Of a stretch of 64,000 nucleotides of DNA, positions 9,627-18,973 are shown one piece after another (within the stretch, counting starts at the first letter, position 1; each line of letters begins with the position of its first letter). Origin of the DNA: a virus. The translations under genes were made by a program, and so were the position numbers. Under the pieces are notes generated by a model. That model saw only the letters and a list, made by a program, of their open reading frames with translations, did no database searches and was not told the origin of the DNA. The stretch is taken from the IMG/VR virus record IMGVR_UViG_3300015263_000944, positions 107,395 to 171,394 of that record; one strand, written 5' to 3'.

Positions 9627-10007
9627 TCAAGATGGATTACGGCAGGACGGACACAAGGCCCTGATCCAGCGGCCTTCCAATGTCACCCCTTCCTTGGTTC
9701 CGCAATTCTCACAGATGTCCTGAGATGCCGCTTCGGCGGCGTCAATCAGTTTGTTGGTCTCTTCATTGCTGCCGCTGGAATAAATGCGGAGAGTTCCGAA
9801 CTTCTCTTTGATTTGCTCAAATTTGAAGTCAGGCCCAGCGACCTTAGAGAGATCTTCGCAGAGCGTGCGAAGGAGATCGTGCCACCCCTCTCCAATGGCG
9901 ATTCCGCCATGAGCCGCAGACATACATGTCTTGGTGGGGTCGCCGTTGAGATCGACGAAGAATTGAGGGAAGTCCTCTTGAAATTTCTGTTGAAGTTCCT
10001 TCTTCAT
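9627..10007 (-). CDS. Hypothetical protein
   Basis: Start moved to MKKELQQ to avoid the tRNA at 10024. Confidence 0.4.
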   Translation of the reverse strand: MKKELQQKFQEDFPQFFVDLNGDPTKTCMSAAHGGIAIGEGWHDLLRTLCEDLSKVAGPDFKFEQIKEKFGTLRIYSSGSNEETNKLIDAAEAASQDICENCGTKEGVTLEGRWIRALCPSCRNPS

Positions 10008-10023
10008 GGTGCCATCCTTGAAA

Positions 10024-10113
10024 GTCGGAGCGGAGGGAATCGAACCCACATCTCGGATTTATCAGATCCTAAGCCGGGTATAAGCCGGGTGCATTTCCAT
10101 TATGCTACGCTCC
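10024..10113 (-). tRNA. tRNA-Ile(GAT)-like with a 19-nt insertion between D-arm and anticodon stem
   Basis: Canonical acceptor, D-arm, anticodon arm (GGAT CTGATAA ATCC) and T-arm. The extra CCCGGCTTATACCCGGCTT carries a 9-nt direct repeat. Confidence 0.5.
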
Positions 10114-10164
10114 GAAGAGTCGGTGCGTAGCTGCATATGAGAAAATGTGTCATGGTTACTCCAG

Positions 10165-10237
10165 TGCCCCCAGAAGGACTCGAACCTTCAACCGCCTGAT
10201 TAAGAGTCAGAAGCTCTGCCAATTGAGCTATGGAGGC
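10165..10237 (-). tRNA. tRNA-Lys(CTT)
   Basis: Canonical cloverleaf; loop CTCTTAA. Confidence 0.8.
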
Positions 10238-10256
10238 TTATTGTCAATTGAATCGC

Positions 10257-10739
10257 CTACGGAAGATACATCGGGAAGACTTTCTTCCCTTCTTTGATTT
10301 CGTCGAGGAACCCCTTGTAAAGATGCAGCGTGGACAACTCATCGTCCTTTAGTTCTATGACGTGCAGCTTGTTGTACTCTTCTTCGGCATCGAAGATGAC
10401 CGGCCCGAGATACTCCTTGTGCCTCAAAGGGTTGTCGGCCAGAGGATGGCCTTCAACCGTCTGATCGTCATGTAGTTGCTCTTCACAAAAGGCTGGATCA
10501 GTCCTCATGGACTCCATCTTGGCTTCTGCTTCTTCTTTGGAAGCAAAACGCCCAACCTCGATTCCACACTTTGATTTGATCTCGCTGCCCTTGATCACGA
10601 AGTCCAGTCGATGCCATTGCATCCCTCGGACGACCCAGTAGGTGGGCTTCGAATCCAAAGGCGGAAGGTTGTCCCAGTCCACATCTGGGAATTCTTCCTC
10701 GATCATCTTGAGGAAGCTTTCGTTTGTCCAACCAGCCAT
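10257..10739 (-). CDS. Hypothetical protein
   Basis: 160-aa acidic ORF. Confidence 0.45.
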   Translation of the reverse strand: MAGWTNESFLKMIEEEFPDVDWDNLPPLDSKPTYWVVRGMQWHRLDFVIKGSEIKSKCGIEVGRFASKEEAEAKMESMRTDPAFCEEQLHDDQTVEGHPLADNPLRHKEYLGPVIFDAEEEYNKLHVIELKDDELSTLHLYKGFLDEIKEGKKVFPMYLP

Positions 10740-10740
10740 A

Positions 10741-10964
10741 TCACCCTTGCTCAGCTATGACACGCCCAGATTGGTCCTTCACCTGAACGATGGTCTTGAT
10801 TTCATTTCCGGGGCCTTCGAGAAGTCGGAATCCTCCGTCTTCTCGCAACGCATCCTCGATGATCTGCTCCGCATTGAAAAAGTGGGCAGCAGTTGTGGTA
10901 ATGACTCCCTTTGCGACCAACGCATCACGAATCGCTGTCGCCTTGTTCTTGAGAACACTCATCC
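10741..10964 (-). CDS. Small hypothetical protein
   Basis: Internal start MSVLKNK of ORF 10741..11220. Confidence 0.3.
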
Positions 10965-11356
10965 ATGAACCTCCCGATTGTTTCGTTGAAGATTTTCTCC
11001 GCAAGTTCCGGGCCGGGTTGCTCGGAGGTCGTTTTGTTGTCGGCATACTCATTCGCATAACACAACGCAACCTCAAATGGGTCGCCTCCAAAACATCGTT
11101 GACCATGAGCGAAACAGATGGCTTCCTTCTCTTCGTCGCTTGCGCCCAATTCTCTGAGCGTCTTGGAAAGCCAAGAACCCGAGTCCCACATCTTGCCGAT
11201 GTGATCGTCAGGCTTCGCATGTTTCATGAACGAGGGGATCTCGTCACACTCTTGGAGCGACCGATTGAGATCTTCTCTGTTTTCGGCCACAAACTTCTGT
11301 ATGTCTTCGATGGTGAAGGTCATTCCGATATCCTTCCAATTCTCCATCGGTTCCAT
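10925..11356 (-). CDS. Acidic hypothetical protein
   Basis: 143 aa. Confidence 0.45.
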   Translation of the reverse strand: MEPMENWKDIGMTFTIEDIQKFVAENREDLNRSLQECDEIPSFMKHAKPDDHIGKMWDSGSWLSKTLRELGASDEEKEAICFAHGQRCFGGDPFEVALCYANEYADNKTTSEQPGPELAEKIFNETIGRFMDECSQEQGDSDS

Positions 11357-11541
11357 CGATCCGGGTAGTGTTTCTCGAACCCAGCAGACGGAATGATGTA
11401 GACGAAATACACATCCAACACTTCCTGCTCGATCCGAAACGATCCGGGCAACTCGTAGTACGGCTTAGTATAGTCGATGTCGAAAGTGGTTCCAATGAGG
11501 AAACACAGAAGACACGCCACAGGCCAAAAAATCCTTTTCAT
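11320..11541 (-). CDS. Small secreted protein
   Basis: N-terminal signal-like hydrophobic segment. Confidence 0.35.
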   Translation of the reverse strand: MKRIFWPVACLLCFLIGTTFDIDYTKPYYELPGSFRIEQEVLDVYFVYIIPSAGFEKHYPDRWNRWRIGRISE

Positions 11542-11558
11542 CTGAGAGTCCTTCTAAG

Positions 11559-11630
11559 AGCTACCTCTGGGAATCGAACCCAGCATCTCCTCCTTACCAC
11601 GGAGGCGTAATCCCACTATACCAAGGTAGC
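11559..11630 (-). tRNA. tRNA-Thr(GGT)
   Basis: Cloverleaf; loop GTGGTAA. Confidence 0.7.
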
Positions 11631-11705
11631 AAAATCCGGCCAACCCCGTTTTCTTTTCAGTTTGAAGGGGGAGGCCGGTTGTGCGGTTTGTTCGCCCCAC
11701 ACGGG

Positions 11706-11777
11706 GCAGAATGATGGGACTCGAACCCACAACTCACCGGTTCTTTTCCGGCTGCTCTACCATTGAGCTACATTCGG
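11706..11777 (-). tRNA. tRNA-like with atypical anticodon loop AAAAGAA (possible pseudo-tRNA)
   Basis: Good acceptor, D-arm and T-arm. The anticodon loop lacks U33. Confidence 0.4.
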
Positions 11778-11846
11778 GTGTCCGGTTTATTCGCCCCAGA
11801 CAGGGCAGGTTTCAAGATTGATTATCTTGTTGCAGATTTACATCTG

Positions 11847-11917
11847 CGGTGCCAGCAGGAATCGAACCTGCATCTCCTAAATTCCAATTAGGTGCTCTCC
11901 CTTTGAGCGATGGCGGT
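11847..11917 (-). pseudogene. Pseudo-tRNA-like (anticodon loop TTGGAAT; acceptor strands not complementary)
   Basis: D-arm, anticodon arm and T-arm are present. The 5'/3' acceptor halves do not pair. Confidence 0.3.
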
Positions 11918-12081
11918 ACACACGCAACCTCACTACAACATTCCGTCCACTTCTCCCTCTGGCACTCGGCAAAGAGGCTTCGAAGAAAGGTTTGTTGCAA
12001 TAAGCGTCCATGCGTCCCCAGATCCGTCCGCCTTGCTCGGTTCTAGCTAGTCTACCGTCAAGCTACGGCTTCTCTGAGAAG

Positions 12082-12156
12082 TCAGGATGAGAGGATTTGA
12101 ACCTCCGAACCTTCTGGTCCCGAACCAGACGCTCTACCAAGCTGAGCTACATCCTG
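12082..12156 (-). tRNA. tRNA-Pro(CGG)
   Basis: Loop TTCGGGA. Confidence 0.75.
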
Positions 12157-12161
12157 TTGAG

Positions 12162-12234
12162 TGGGCAATGAGGGATTCGAACCCCCGACTTCCTCCTTGT
12201 AAGGGAGGCACTCTAGCCGCTGAGTTAATCGCCC
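12162..12234 (-). tRNA. tRNA-Val(TAC)
   Basis: Loop CTTACAA. Confidence 0.8.
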
Positions 12235-12235
12235 G

Positions 12236-12841
12236 TTATGTTGGCTCTCCTGAACGAAGTCGTTGAAGCATCTCACGAAGTTCGCTCGTTTCGCCTTCTC
12301 GAATCATCTGCAATGGAACCTTCCCGTTGAACGCCGGATTGGGTCTCTCCAAGAACTCGTCAATCGCAGACTCTTCTATCACTTCTCTCAAGGCGGCTCG
12401 AAAGTTCTCTACCGCCAAGTAGAATTTCTCGTCGTCCGTCAATTCACGGACATCTTCGTGCTTCCCATCATCTGATGTTTTCGTCACCCATGATGAGATG
12501 CCATCCTTCCCTAGTTTTTCTTTGTCTTCAACAGTCTTCCATCCAGTTGCAATGGAGTAAAGCTCCTGTTGATCTCGTCCTCGATTTCGTTTCTGCCACT
12601 CTCGCTCCATGTAGCAACAACCGATGCTCGATGTGCGAGAGAATCGAGCCGAGGTTTCTGGTTTGATCGTTCCGCAGCCATAACAAAAATTGGACTGCCG
12701 ACCGTCTCTTTCCTTCAACCACGTCCCACACTGATGACACACGACCATTTCGCAGCGTTCGCAGCGATCTGGGGCTTTCTGAACATTTTCGGCAAGTGCC
12801 AAACAAAAAGCACATTCGTAGTCTTCAGTGTATTCGGCCAT
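12236..12841 (-). CDS. Cys-rich zinc-binding hypothetical protein
   Basis: Multiple CxxC pairs. Start moved to MAEYTEDYE to clear tRNA-Thr(CGT). Confidence 0.45.
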   Translation of the reverse strand: MAEYTEDYECAFCLALAENVQKAPDRCERCEMVVCHQCGTWLKERDGRQSNFCYGCGTIKPETSARFSRTSSIGCCYMEREWQKRNRGRDQQELYSIATGWKTVEDKEKLGKDGISSWVTKTSDDGKHEDVRELTDDEKFYLAVENFRAALREVIEESAIDEFLERPNPAFNGKVPLQMIREGETSELREMLQRLRSGEPT

Positions 12842-12853
12842 GTCTTCTCCAAG

Positions 12854-12924
12854 AGCTTCCACGAGGAATCGAACCCCGGTTTCCTCGGTACGAACGAGGC
12901 GTAATCCCACTATACCACGGAAGC
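12854..12924 (-). tRNA. tRNA-Thr(CGT)
   Basis: Loop TTCGTAC. Confidence 0.7.
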
Positions 12925-12977
12925 AAGAATTTGTCTCCCCTGCTTAGATAAGTTATACCCCACATGGAGAAGAACTT

Positions 12978-13154
12978 ATGTCAGAGAACAACTTTCGCAT
13001 CTTTTGCGTTGCGGCAATCATCGCTATGTTTGCCCTCATCGGTTGGGCCATTTATCACCATATTGAACACGACTACCACGAGCAGGACATTCGCATCCAG
13101 TCACCGTGGTTTGAATACAAAGGCGACGGCCATTACAAGGTCCGACCTTAAGAG
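12978..13154 (+). CDS. Small membrane protein (58 aa) on plus strand
   Basis: GGAGAAG RBS then ATG. MSENNFRIFCVAAIIAMFALIGWAIYHH... Confidence 0.4.
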
Positions 13155-13225
13155 CTACCGAGAGGAATCGAACCCCCAACCTGAGCTTTACAAAAGCCCT
13201 GCTCTGCCAGTTGAGCTACGGTAGC
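13153..13225 (-). tRNA. tRNA-Thr(TGT)
   Basis: Loop TTTGTAA. Confidence 0.75.
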
Positions 13226-13231
13226 ACTGAG

Positions 13232-13303
13232 TTGGGTAAGGTGGAATCGAACCACCGTTTTCCGCTTATCAGACGGATGCCTTTCCATTAGACGACTACC
13301 CAA
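13232..13303 (-). tRNA. tRNA-Ile(GAT)
   Basis: Loop CTGATAA. Confidence 0.7.
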
Positions 13304-13306
13304 TGT

Positions 13307-14014
13307 TTACATCTTAATCGCTGCGGGATTCCTTGCTTTGATAGTCATGCCGAGTTCATCGAAGATGTAGTTGAAAATCGGCTGCCATATCGCATAGCGA
13401 GGATACCTCATATCCAAAACAATAGAATGGCTATTGTCAGGATATCTCTCTGCATGTGCCTCAAAGACTTGAATTCGGAACGTCATCAAGCTGGGAATAT
13501 CATCCCATTTGTTGTCGGCCCAAACTGCGTCTTGAAACACGCACAAAACAAAGTCACGATTCTGTCGGAGGTCAGCAATGACATCATGCAAATACATCAC
13601 CTCTTCCAACTTCGTCGTGGGAGTATTGGTTCTGAGAATCAACGGGCGGTGAGCCGTTTTGATCCTGTTGACCAACTTGGACATATCGTGCGTTTTGATG
13701 AACTTTCTGTAACATTCATCTTTGTCGCTACCAACACGCCAATGGTGCGCCGAAATGATGCCGCTGATTTTGTCTTTGACAAACCATTTGGTGCCACTTC
13801 TGCACGTCCCATAAAAATCCAAGTCATCTAGCGAACCAAAAAACCCTTCGAACTCTTTGCTCAATGCGGTTGCGAGTTCTCCCAGATTGTTCGTCGCCAG
13901 ATCGTCAAGCTCATCCCGGCGTTTCATGATCCGCAAGTCGCTCAAAACCTTTGCGACAAAGCAGTTCTTGCCGAGTCCAATGATATCTCGTTCCATACGG
14001 TTTTCCTCCAGCAA
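13307..14014 (-). CDS. Hypothetical protein
   Basis: 235-aa ORF. Confidence 0.45.
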   Translation of the reverse strand: MLEENRMERDIIGLGKNCFVAKVLSDLRIMKRRDELDDLATNNLGELATALSKEFEGFFGSLDDLDFYGTCRSGTKWFVKDKISGIISAHHWRVGSDKDECYRKFIKTHDMSKLVNRIKTAHRPLILRTNTPTTKLEEVMYLHDVIADLRQNRDFVLCVFQDAVWADNKWDDIPSLMTFRIQVFEAHAERYPDNSHSIVLDMRYPRYAIWQPIFNYIFDELGMTIKARNPAAIKM

Positions 14015-14038
14015 TATCTAGGAGAAATAACCGTCAAG

Positions 14039-14112
14039 TGGGCGTGGGAAGATTCGAACTTCCGACTTCCATCTTATCAGGATGGCACTCTAAACCGCTG
14101 AGTTACACGCCC
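14039..14112 (-). tRNA. tRNA-Ile(GAT)
   Basis: Loop CTGATAA. Confidence 0.75.
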
Positions 14113-14113
14113 A

Positions 14114-14150
14114 TGGTGGCCGACTAGGGATTCGAACCCAAGCAGACGAC
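14114..14150 (-). other. Orphan tRNA 3' fragment (T-arm plus acceptor plus encoded CCA)
   Basis: ...TTGGGTTCGAATCCCTAGTCGGCCACCA with no matching 5' half. Confidence 0.35.
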
Positions 14151-14472
14151 TTCGCTAACTATGAACCCGCCGAAGCAGGGTTTTGTCTCCCGTCATCTGG
14201 TATTTCCGAAAACTCGGCCTCTAAATACCCTCATGAGATTCAAAGACTGGCTACTTTCTGAAAACGGCAATCGCACAGGAGCAAAGATCGGACTCTACGC
14301 TCCTATCGATGACGCTCTCGGCCAATATCCGCCACTCTATGGCACTCCATCTGCCGCCGATCTGATCACTTACATCGACATTCACTACGGCAAGAAAGGC
14401 GTGCCCGGCAAGAACGGAATCATCCGTTATCCTGAACCTCACCACGCTGTCGGCCAAGGCCGAAAACGCTAG

Positions 14473-14545
14473 TGGAATGGATGGGACTTGAACCCACAAC
14501 CCTCGGCTTGCAAAGCCGATGCTCTCCCAGTTGAGCTACCACCCC
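14473..14545 (-). tRNA. tRNA-Ala(TGC)
   Basis: Loop TTTGCAA; acceptor with two GU pairs. Confidence 0.7.
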
Positions 14546-14779
14546 TTATCTGTAATCGTCTCGATCATCATATTCCAGATGATCTTGATCCCAACGAGCC
14601 TTTCGGCTCTGGTACTGGCGATTGGCTTCCAGCCGTGCCGCCAGATCAACGCTCCGTTTCCGTGACTGTTCCAACTTTTGTACTAGGTCGGCGACACGGG
14701 CCTCCAACCATTGGACATACTCCTCGGTGTAGATGTTCGTGTCTTCAATCGTCTTCGGACCACGGAACTCTTCATCCAT
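14546..14779 (-). CDS. Hypothetical coiled-coil protein
   Basis: 77 aa. Confidence 0.4.
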   Translation of the reverse strand: MDEEFRGPKTIEDTNIYTEEYVQWLEARVADLVQKLEQSRKRSVDLAARLEANRQYQSRKARWDQDHLEYDDRDDYR

Positions 14780-14794
14780 CTGAGCTTCCTTGTG

Positions 14795-15172
14795 TCAGAT
14801 CCCTGCGCCACTATCCAGCAGTGCTTCTTCGTGACGCTTTCGCTGTTCCTCACACCACGCATCGTACACGGCCAGTTGTCGGTAGAACTCCTCGATCTGA
14901 GGAAGGAACTCCCGGTCCAGTTCGTGATTCAAAAACGGACGAGTCAGAAACAACTTGCAGTTCTCACATTCCATCCCCGCACCGGCAGAATGGAAAGCAC
15001 ACTCGGCATACTGCTCAATGTCTATCTCATCAACCTTGAGCGTCTGGTGCCAATGTTTTGCTTCCAAAACTTTTGGGCAGTGTCGCAAGAACTCCTTTGG
15101 AAATTCTGGCGGCTTCATGCCGTTCTCCTTATCAGCGTTTCCATCGTTTCCACAGACGTTCGAACAATTCAA
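14795..15172 (-). CDS. Hypothetical Cys-rich protein
   Basis: 125 aa. Confidence 0.4.
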   Translation of the reverse strand: MNCSNVCGNDGNADKENGMKPPEFPKEFLRHCPKVLEAKHWHQTLKVDEIDIEQYAECAFHSAGAGMECENCKLFLTRPFLNHELDREFLPQIEEFYRQLAVYDAWCEEQRKRHEEALLDSGAGI

Positions 15173-15244
15173 CCAAGCTCACGATCAGTATGATCCGACT
15201 GAACTGTAGCGAAAGTTCGCTCACCTTTGGTAGTTTCTTCATAG

Positions 15245-15316
15245 TGGACCGGAGGGGAATCGAACCCCACACACCGATGTTGCGAGCATCAGTCGCCCCC
15301 TTGGAACATGCCAGCC
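15245..15316 (-). tRNA. tRNA-like, anticodon CGC (Ala?), weak D-arm
   Basis: Acceptor with GU pairs; anticodon arm TGATG CTCGCAA CATCG. Confidence 0.35.
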
Positions 15317-15348
15317 CATAGTATGACTCATTCGATGAATGAATCAAG

Positions 15349-15421
15349 TGGAGGATAACGGACTTGAACCGATGACCTACTGGCTGCCAGCCAGTCGCTC
15401 TCCCAACTGAGCTAATCCCCC
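15349..15421 (-). tRNA. tRNA-Ala(GGC)
   Basis: Loop CTGGCAG. Confidence 0.75.
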
Positions 15422-15615
15422 GTCAATCAAAAAAGAACAACAACACATAAAGAACCAATGCGATGATGAAAGCGATTCCCGCAATCACACATCCTGTCAG
15501 TGCCGCTGTCCAAAGTGCTGCTTCCATGCAACCCTCAAAGTTTGTGAAAATGTTCGGTCGGGACTCGGACCCGATCCTTTGATCTCTCAATGTGCTTTAG
15601 AACACCCCCGAACAG

Positions 15616-15687
15616 TGGTCGCTATTGGATTCGAACCAATGACTTCCGCCATGTGAAGACGGCACTCTACCGCTGAGTTAAGCAACC
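15616..15687 (-). tRNA. tRNA-Val(CAC)
   Basis: Loop TTCACAT. Confidence 0.7.
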
Positions 15688-15695
15688 AGCATAAG

Positions 15696-15767
15696 TGAGC
15701 GAGGCAGGATTCGAACCTGCGACTTCCACCATGTCAGGGTGGCGATCTGCCGCTGATCTACACGCTC
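15696..15767 (-). tRNA. tRNA-Val(GAC)
   Basis: Loop CTGACAT. Confidence 0.7.
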
Positions 15768-15771
15768 ATAG

Positions 15772-15842
15772 TACCCAGTAGAGGAATCGAACCCCTTCTA
15801 ACACGTTCGAAGCGTGTCGTGCATCCATCACACTCACCGGGC
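15772..15842 (-). tRNA. tRNA-Arg(TCG)
   Basis: Loop CTTCGAA. Confidence 0.7.
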
Positions 15843-15879
15843 ATGTAGTGCCCCATGGTAGGGACACCACTTCACTTCC

Positions 15880-16425
15880 TTATTCCTCTTCAGGTTTTTC
15901 AGGAAGAGGGTCGTGTACGATTTCTCGTACAGCTTTCTCCATTTGTATGAGTTTGGCTCGGGTGATGGCTCTGACTAGGAAACCATCTCTCCCAACATCC
16001 AATGACAACTCATTTCTGATCGTTGTTTTGGTTCCATTCGCTTTGATGTGAGTGTGAAGCACATATCCTTTGATTTCGCTGTGTTCACTCACCAGTTCGG
16101 TGATGATCAAGACCTCGCCCTTCTTTCGAGTGACGACTTCTGTGAACTGCATCTCTTCGCCATTGCGAACAACGACTCGATGCCACACCAGAACCAGTTG
16201 CCATCCGCCTTTCGGCGTGAAGACAACACCAATTTCACGAACCTCCCTTTTCACCAACTCAGCACCGCTTCGTTCGACAATCCTTTTGTCGCTGCTCGGC
16301 AGTGCGAGCATTGAACTCACCAAGTCAAACGGTTTGTTCAATTCGTATTCGTTACTCACCTCAACAGCTTGGGCAACTGAAGTGAGCAGAAACAGGCTGG
16401 CAATCGCCAGCAGTAATGCTCTCAT
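15880..16425 (-). CDS. Secreted hypothetical protein
   Basis: Signal peptide MRALLLAIASLFLLTSVAQA. Confidence 0.5.
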   Translation of the reverse strand: MRALLLAIASLFLLTSVAQAVEVSNEYELNKPFDLVSSMLALPSSDKRIVERSGAELVKREVREIGVVFTPKGGWQLVLVWHRVVVRNGEEMQFTEVVTRKKGEVLIITELVSEHSEIKGYVLHTHIKANGTKTTIRNELSLDVGRDGFLVRAITRAKLIQMEKAVREIVHDPLPEKPEEE

Positions 16426-16451
16426 GTGAGACTCCTGTGGTTAGGTCTAGC

Positions 16452-16952
16452 CTATATATCCACAGAGTCTCTCAGTATGCCCAGTTCTACCAACTCGTCT
16501 TCTGTTAGGAGATCGAAACCCGTCCAATTCCGCCGTTTCAATGTCACTATCCAATGACATCGAACACAACGAACTTCACATTTCTCGATCTCATCCAGTA
16601 TTGCCTCCCAAGACCAACCATTCCAAACCATCACCGAGACATCATTTTCCTTATCTCTTAGATGGTCGAATTCCAAAAGAGCCGGATTTGTCTCTCCGCA
16701 ATCCACACAGGGATGCTCTCTCAGATATTCAAATAGAAGAACGAGATTCTGTTGGCGAACCACCTTGTTTCTCTTCTTCGCTTTGTCTTTGTAGTAATCT
16801 TGGTTGGCCTCGTAGTGTTTCTTGAGATATTTCTTGTGGCACTTTTTGCATTTCGACTGATACTTCTGTCTGCCGTCTGCATAAGAACCTTTCTTCGAAA
16901 ACTCAGAAACAGGTTTGTCGAGGTTGCAACCGGTGCAAAACCTTACTTCCAT
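16452..16952 (-). CDS. HNH endonuclease
   Basis: CVDCGE...LEFDHL...CVRCH HNH motif set. Confidence 0.7.
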   Translation of the reverse strand: MEVRFCTGCNLDKPVSEFSKKGSYADGRQKYQSKCKKCHKKYLKKHYEANQDYYKDKAKKRNKVVRQQNLVLLFEYLREHPCVDCGETNPALLEFDHLRDKENDVSVMVWNGWSWEAILDEIEKCEVRCVRCHWIVTLKRRNWTGFDLLTEDELVELGILRDSVDI

Positions 16953-16989
16953 GTAACCTGCCTTCGATCACAACATCATGTTGTGATAG

Positions 16990-17061
16990 TACACCCGGAG
17001 GGATTCGAACCCCCGACCGACTGCTTAGAAGGCAGTTGCTCTTCCACTGAGCTACGAGTGC
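16990..17061 (-). tRNA. tRNA-Arg(TCT)
   Basis: Loop CTTCTAA. Confidence 0.75.
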
Positions 17062-17068
17062 ATGTCAG

Positions 17069-17147
17069 AGGCCGCAGGCGGATTCGAACCACTTGACGCC
17101 AGATTTGCAGTCTGGTGCTCCACCACGAAGCTTTCGTCTCCACGGCC
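17069..17147 (-). tRNA. tRNA-Cys(GCA)-like with an expanded, palindromic D-region
   Basis: Anticodon arm CCAGA CTGCAAA TCTGG; about 7 extra nt around the D-arm (ACGAAAGCTTCGT). Confidence 0.5.
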
Positions 17148-17221
17148 AGTGAGTTGTTGGCGTCATGATTTACGACCTTTGCTCTTATCACTGGGACGGT
17201 CAAGCAGGGACCAACAACAAG

Positions 17222-17294
17222 CGAGCCATACGGGAGTCGAACCCGCAACCTCTTCCGTGACAGGGAAGTGAGCTACCATCTGCTCCTATGGCCC
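17222..17294 (-). tRNA. tRNA-Asp(GTC)
   Basis: Loop CTGTCAC. Confidence 0.75.
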
Positions 17295-17401
17295 TTAAAA
17301 ATCAACCGGTTTACTATCGAACGTCCCAGCTTAAGTGTACAATTCCACTGGGCACCTTCAACAAGGTTAGGCTTGTACTTTGCCACACGAGCCGGTTGAA
17401 G

Positions 17402-17474
17402 TGGAAGCGGTGGGAATCGAACCCACATGGTCCCGGTTAAGAGCCGGGTGCAATTACCTTGTCTGCCACACTTC
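17402..17474 (-). tRNA. tRNA-Lys(CTT)
   Basis: Loop CTCTTAA. Confidence 0.75.
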
Positions 17475-17666
17475 CATTTCCTACACCACCTTCAGCTTTC
17501 TTTCCTTGGGCTTCTGTGGTTCGTGCGTCTGGCGGATCGTATTGATCCCTACATCCTTGTATGCCAGATGCGTCGGTTCGCCCTTCTGGGCACGTTTCGC
17601 TGCTGCTTCATTCAAAGCGATAATCGTTTCCAAACACCACATTCTCAAGTTCCTTCTCTTCTGAGG

Positions 17667-17957
17667 TTAGTCATCCCAGACAGCTTCGAGGGACCATCCT
17701 ATTCGAAACCATACAACTCTGGGCTTTTCCCGGTAGTCGAGGACAGCGACCTTGTAGATTCGCTGGCCGTCGTTTTTGTACCAGAAAGGTCCGTATGAAA
17801 AAACTGGTTCTTCGATACTGACCACTTGGCAACGATTGTCTTCACACCATTCTTTGATCTCTTCACGATTGGATTGCCCTGTCCACGTCGCCAAGGCGAT
17901 GCAGAAGGCCAACACCAGCAAAAATCCGATTGCTGTAAGTATCCAATTCTTTTCCAT
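17667..17957 (-). CDS. Small membrane protein
   Basis: Start moved to MEKNWIL to clear tRNA-Asp. Confidence 0.35.
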   Translation of the reverse strand: MEKNWILTAIGFLLVLAFCIALATWTGQSNREEIKEWCEDNRCQVVSIEEPVFSYGPFWYKNDGQRIYKVAVLDYREKPRVVWFRIGWSLEAVWDD

Positions 17958-17979
17958 GATGAGATCCTTCACATCAGAG

Positions 17980-18053
17980 CGAGGATGACGGGACTCGAAC
18001 CCGCAACCACCGGCTCGACAGGCCGGTACTCTAACCAATTGAGCTACATCCCC
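17980..18053 (-). tRNA. tRNA-Asp(GTC)
   Basis: Loop CTGTCGA. Confidence 0.7.
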
Positions 18054-18088
18054 TTTTATATCATCCCAACCTTTCAGTCAAGATGAAG

Positions 18089-18159
18089 CTGCCCAACTTG
18101 GATTCGAACCAAGGCTAACTGAGTCAGAGTCAGTCGTGCTACCGCTACACTATCGGGCA
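18089..18159 (-). tRNA. tRNA-Gln(CTG)
   Basis: Loop CTCTGAC; U1-A72. Confidence 0.7.
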
Positions 18160-18180
18160 ATGTGTCGTGTATTCTTTAAG

Positions 18181-18251
18181 CTGCCCGGCAAGGGTTCGAA
18201 CCTCGGCCAACTGATTCAAAGTCAGTTATGCTACCACTACACCACCGGGCA
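18181..18251 (-). tRNA. tRNA-Gln(TTG)
   Basis: Loop CTTTGAA. Confidence 0.7.
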
Positions 18252-18267
18252 AAAAAATTGGGAGGAG

Positions 18268-18340
18268 TGCCCCCTGTAGGATTCGAACCCACACCTATCT
18301 GATTAAAAGTCAGAAATGCTCCCATTAACACCAAGGAGGC
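18268..18340 (-). tRNA. tRNA-Lys(TTT)
   Basis: Loop CTTTTAA. Confidence 0.75.
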
Positions 18341-18344
18341 AGAG

Positions 18345-18417
18345 TGGGACCGCTCGGAATCGAACCGAGAACCTACCGGTTAAAAGCCGGTTGCTCTGCC
18401 TGTTGAGCTACGATCCC
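18345..18417 (-). tRNA. tRNA-Lys(TTT)
   Basis: Loop CTTTTAA. Confidence 0.75.
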
Positions 18418-18489
18418 ATGTTTATGAGATCGTGCGTTTCAATCGTTGAGTGTTCATGGAAAAATCTCCTTCTATGGTTTGTGTATGAG

Positions 18490-18562
18490 AGACTCGGGTG
18501 GGATTTGAACCCACGACATGCTGGTTAACAGCCAGCCGCTCTGGCCTCTGAGCTACCGAGTC
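18490..18562 (-). tRNA. tRNA-Asn(GTT)
   Basis: Loop CTGTTAA. Confidence 0.8.
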
Positions 18563-18569
18563 AGCCAAG

Positions 18570-18641
18570 CTCCGGGAACAGGTCTCGAACCTATAATAAC
18601 TGGTTAACAGCCAGTCGTGATACCAATTTCACCATCCCGGA
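18570..18641 (-). tRNA. tRNA-Asn(GTT)
   Basis: Loop CTGTTAA. Confidence 0.7.
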
Positions 18642-18648
18642 ATGTAAG

Positions 18649-18719
18649 AGCGGGTGAAGGGAATCGAACCCTCATAGCCAGCTTGGAAGGCTGGAGCTTT
18701 GCCATTAAGCTACACCCGC
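18649..18719 (-). tRNA. tRNA-Gly(TCC)
   Basis: Loop CTTCCAA. Confidence 0.7.
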
Positions 18720-18728
18720 ATGTTTAAG

Positions 18729-18800
18729 AGCCGGTAGAGGGAATCGAACCCCCGACAAGTTGTTTACAAAACAACCACTCTGCCACTGAGTTACACCGGC
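18729..18800 (-). tRNA. tRNA-Thr(TGT)
   Basis: Loop TTTGTAA. Confidence 0.75.
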
Positions 18801-18900
18801 GTTCTGTTGAAGGCTGCGTTACGGCCACGGCTAGGTCCACACCACTGAGGGCTCGCCAAGTTCGTCCTCCGACTTTGGTTCATGCCGCTGGTTCAACAAG

Positions 18901-18973
18901 TATCCCCGAGAAGATTCGAACTTCTTCTTCCACCTTCGCAGGGTGACGTGCTTATCCATCACACTCCGGGGAT
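18901..18973 (-). tRNA. tRNA-Arg(GCG)?
   Basis: Loop CTGCGAA. An unusual anticodon for bacteria. Confidence 0.5.

Noticed and set aside
14161-15039. Plus-strand ORFs 14161..14472 and 14488..15039
   Set aside because: They overlap tRNA genes and minus-strand genes. No RBS and odd composition.
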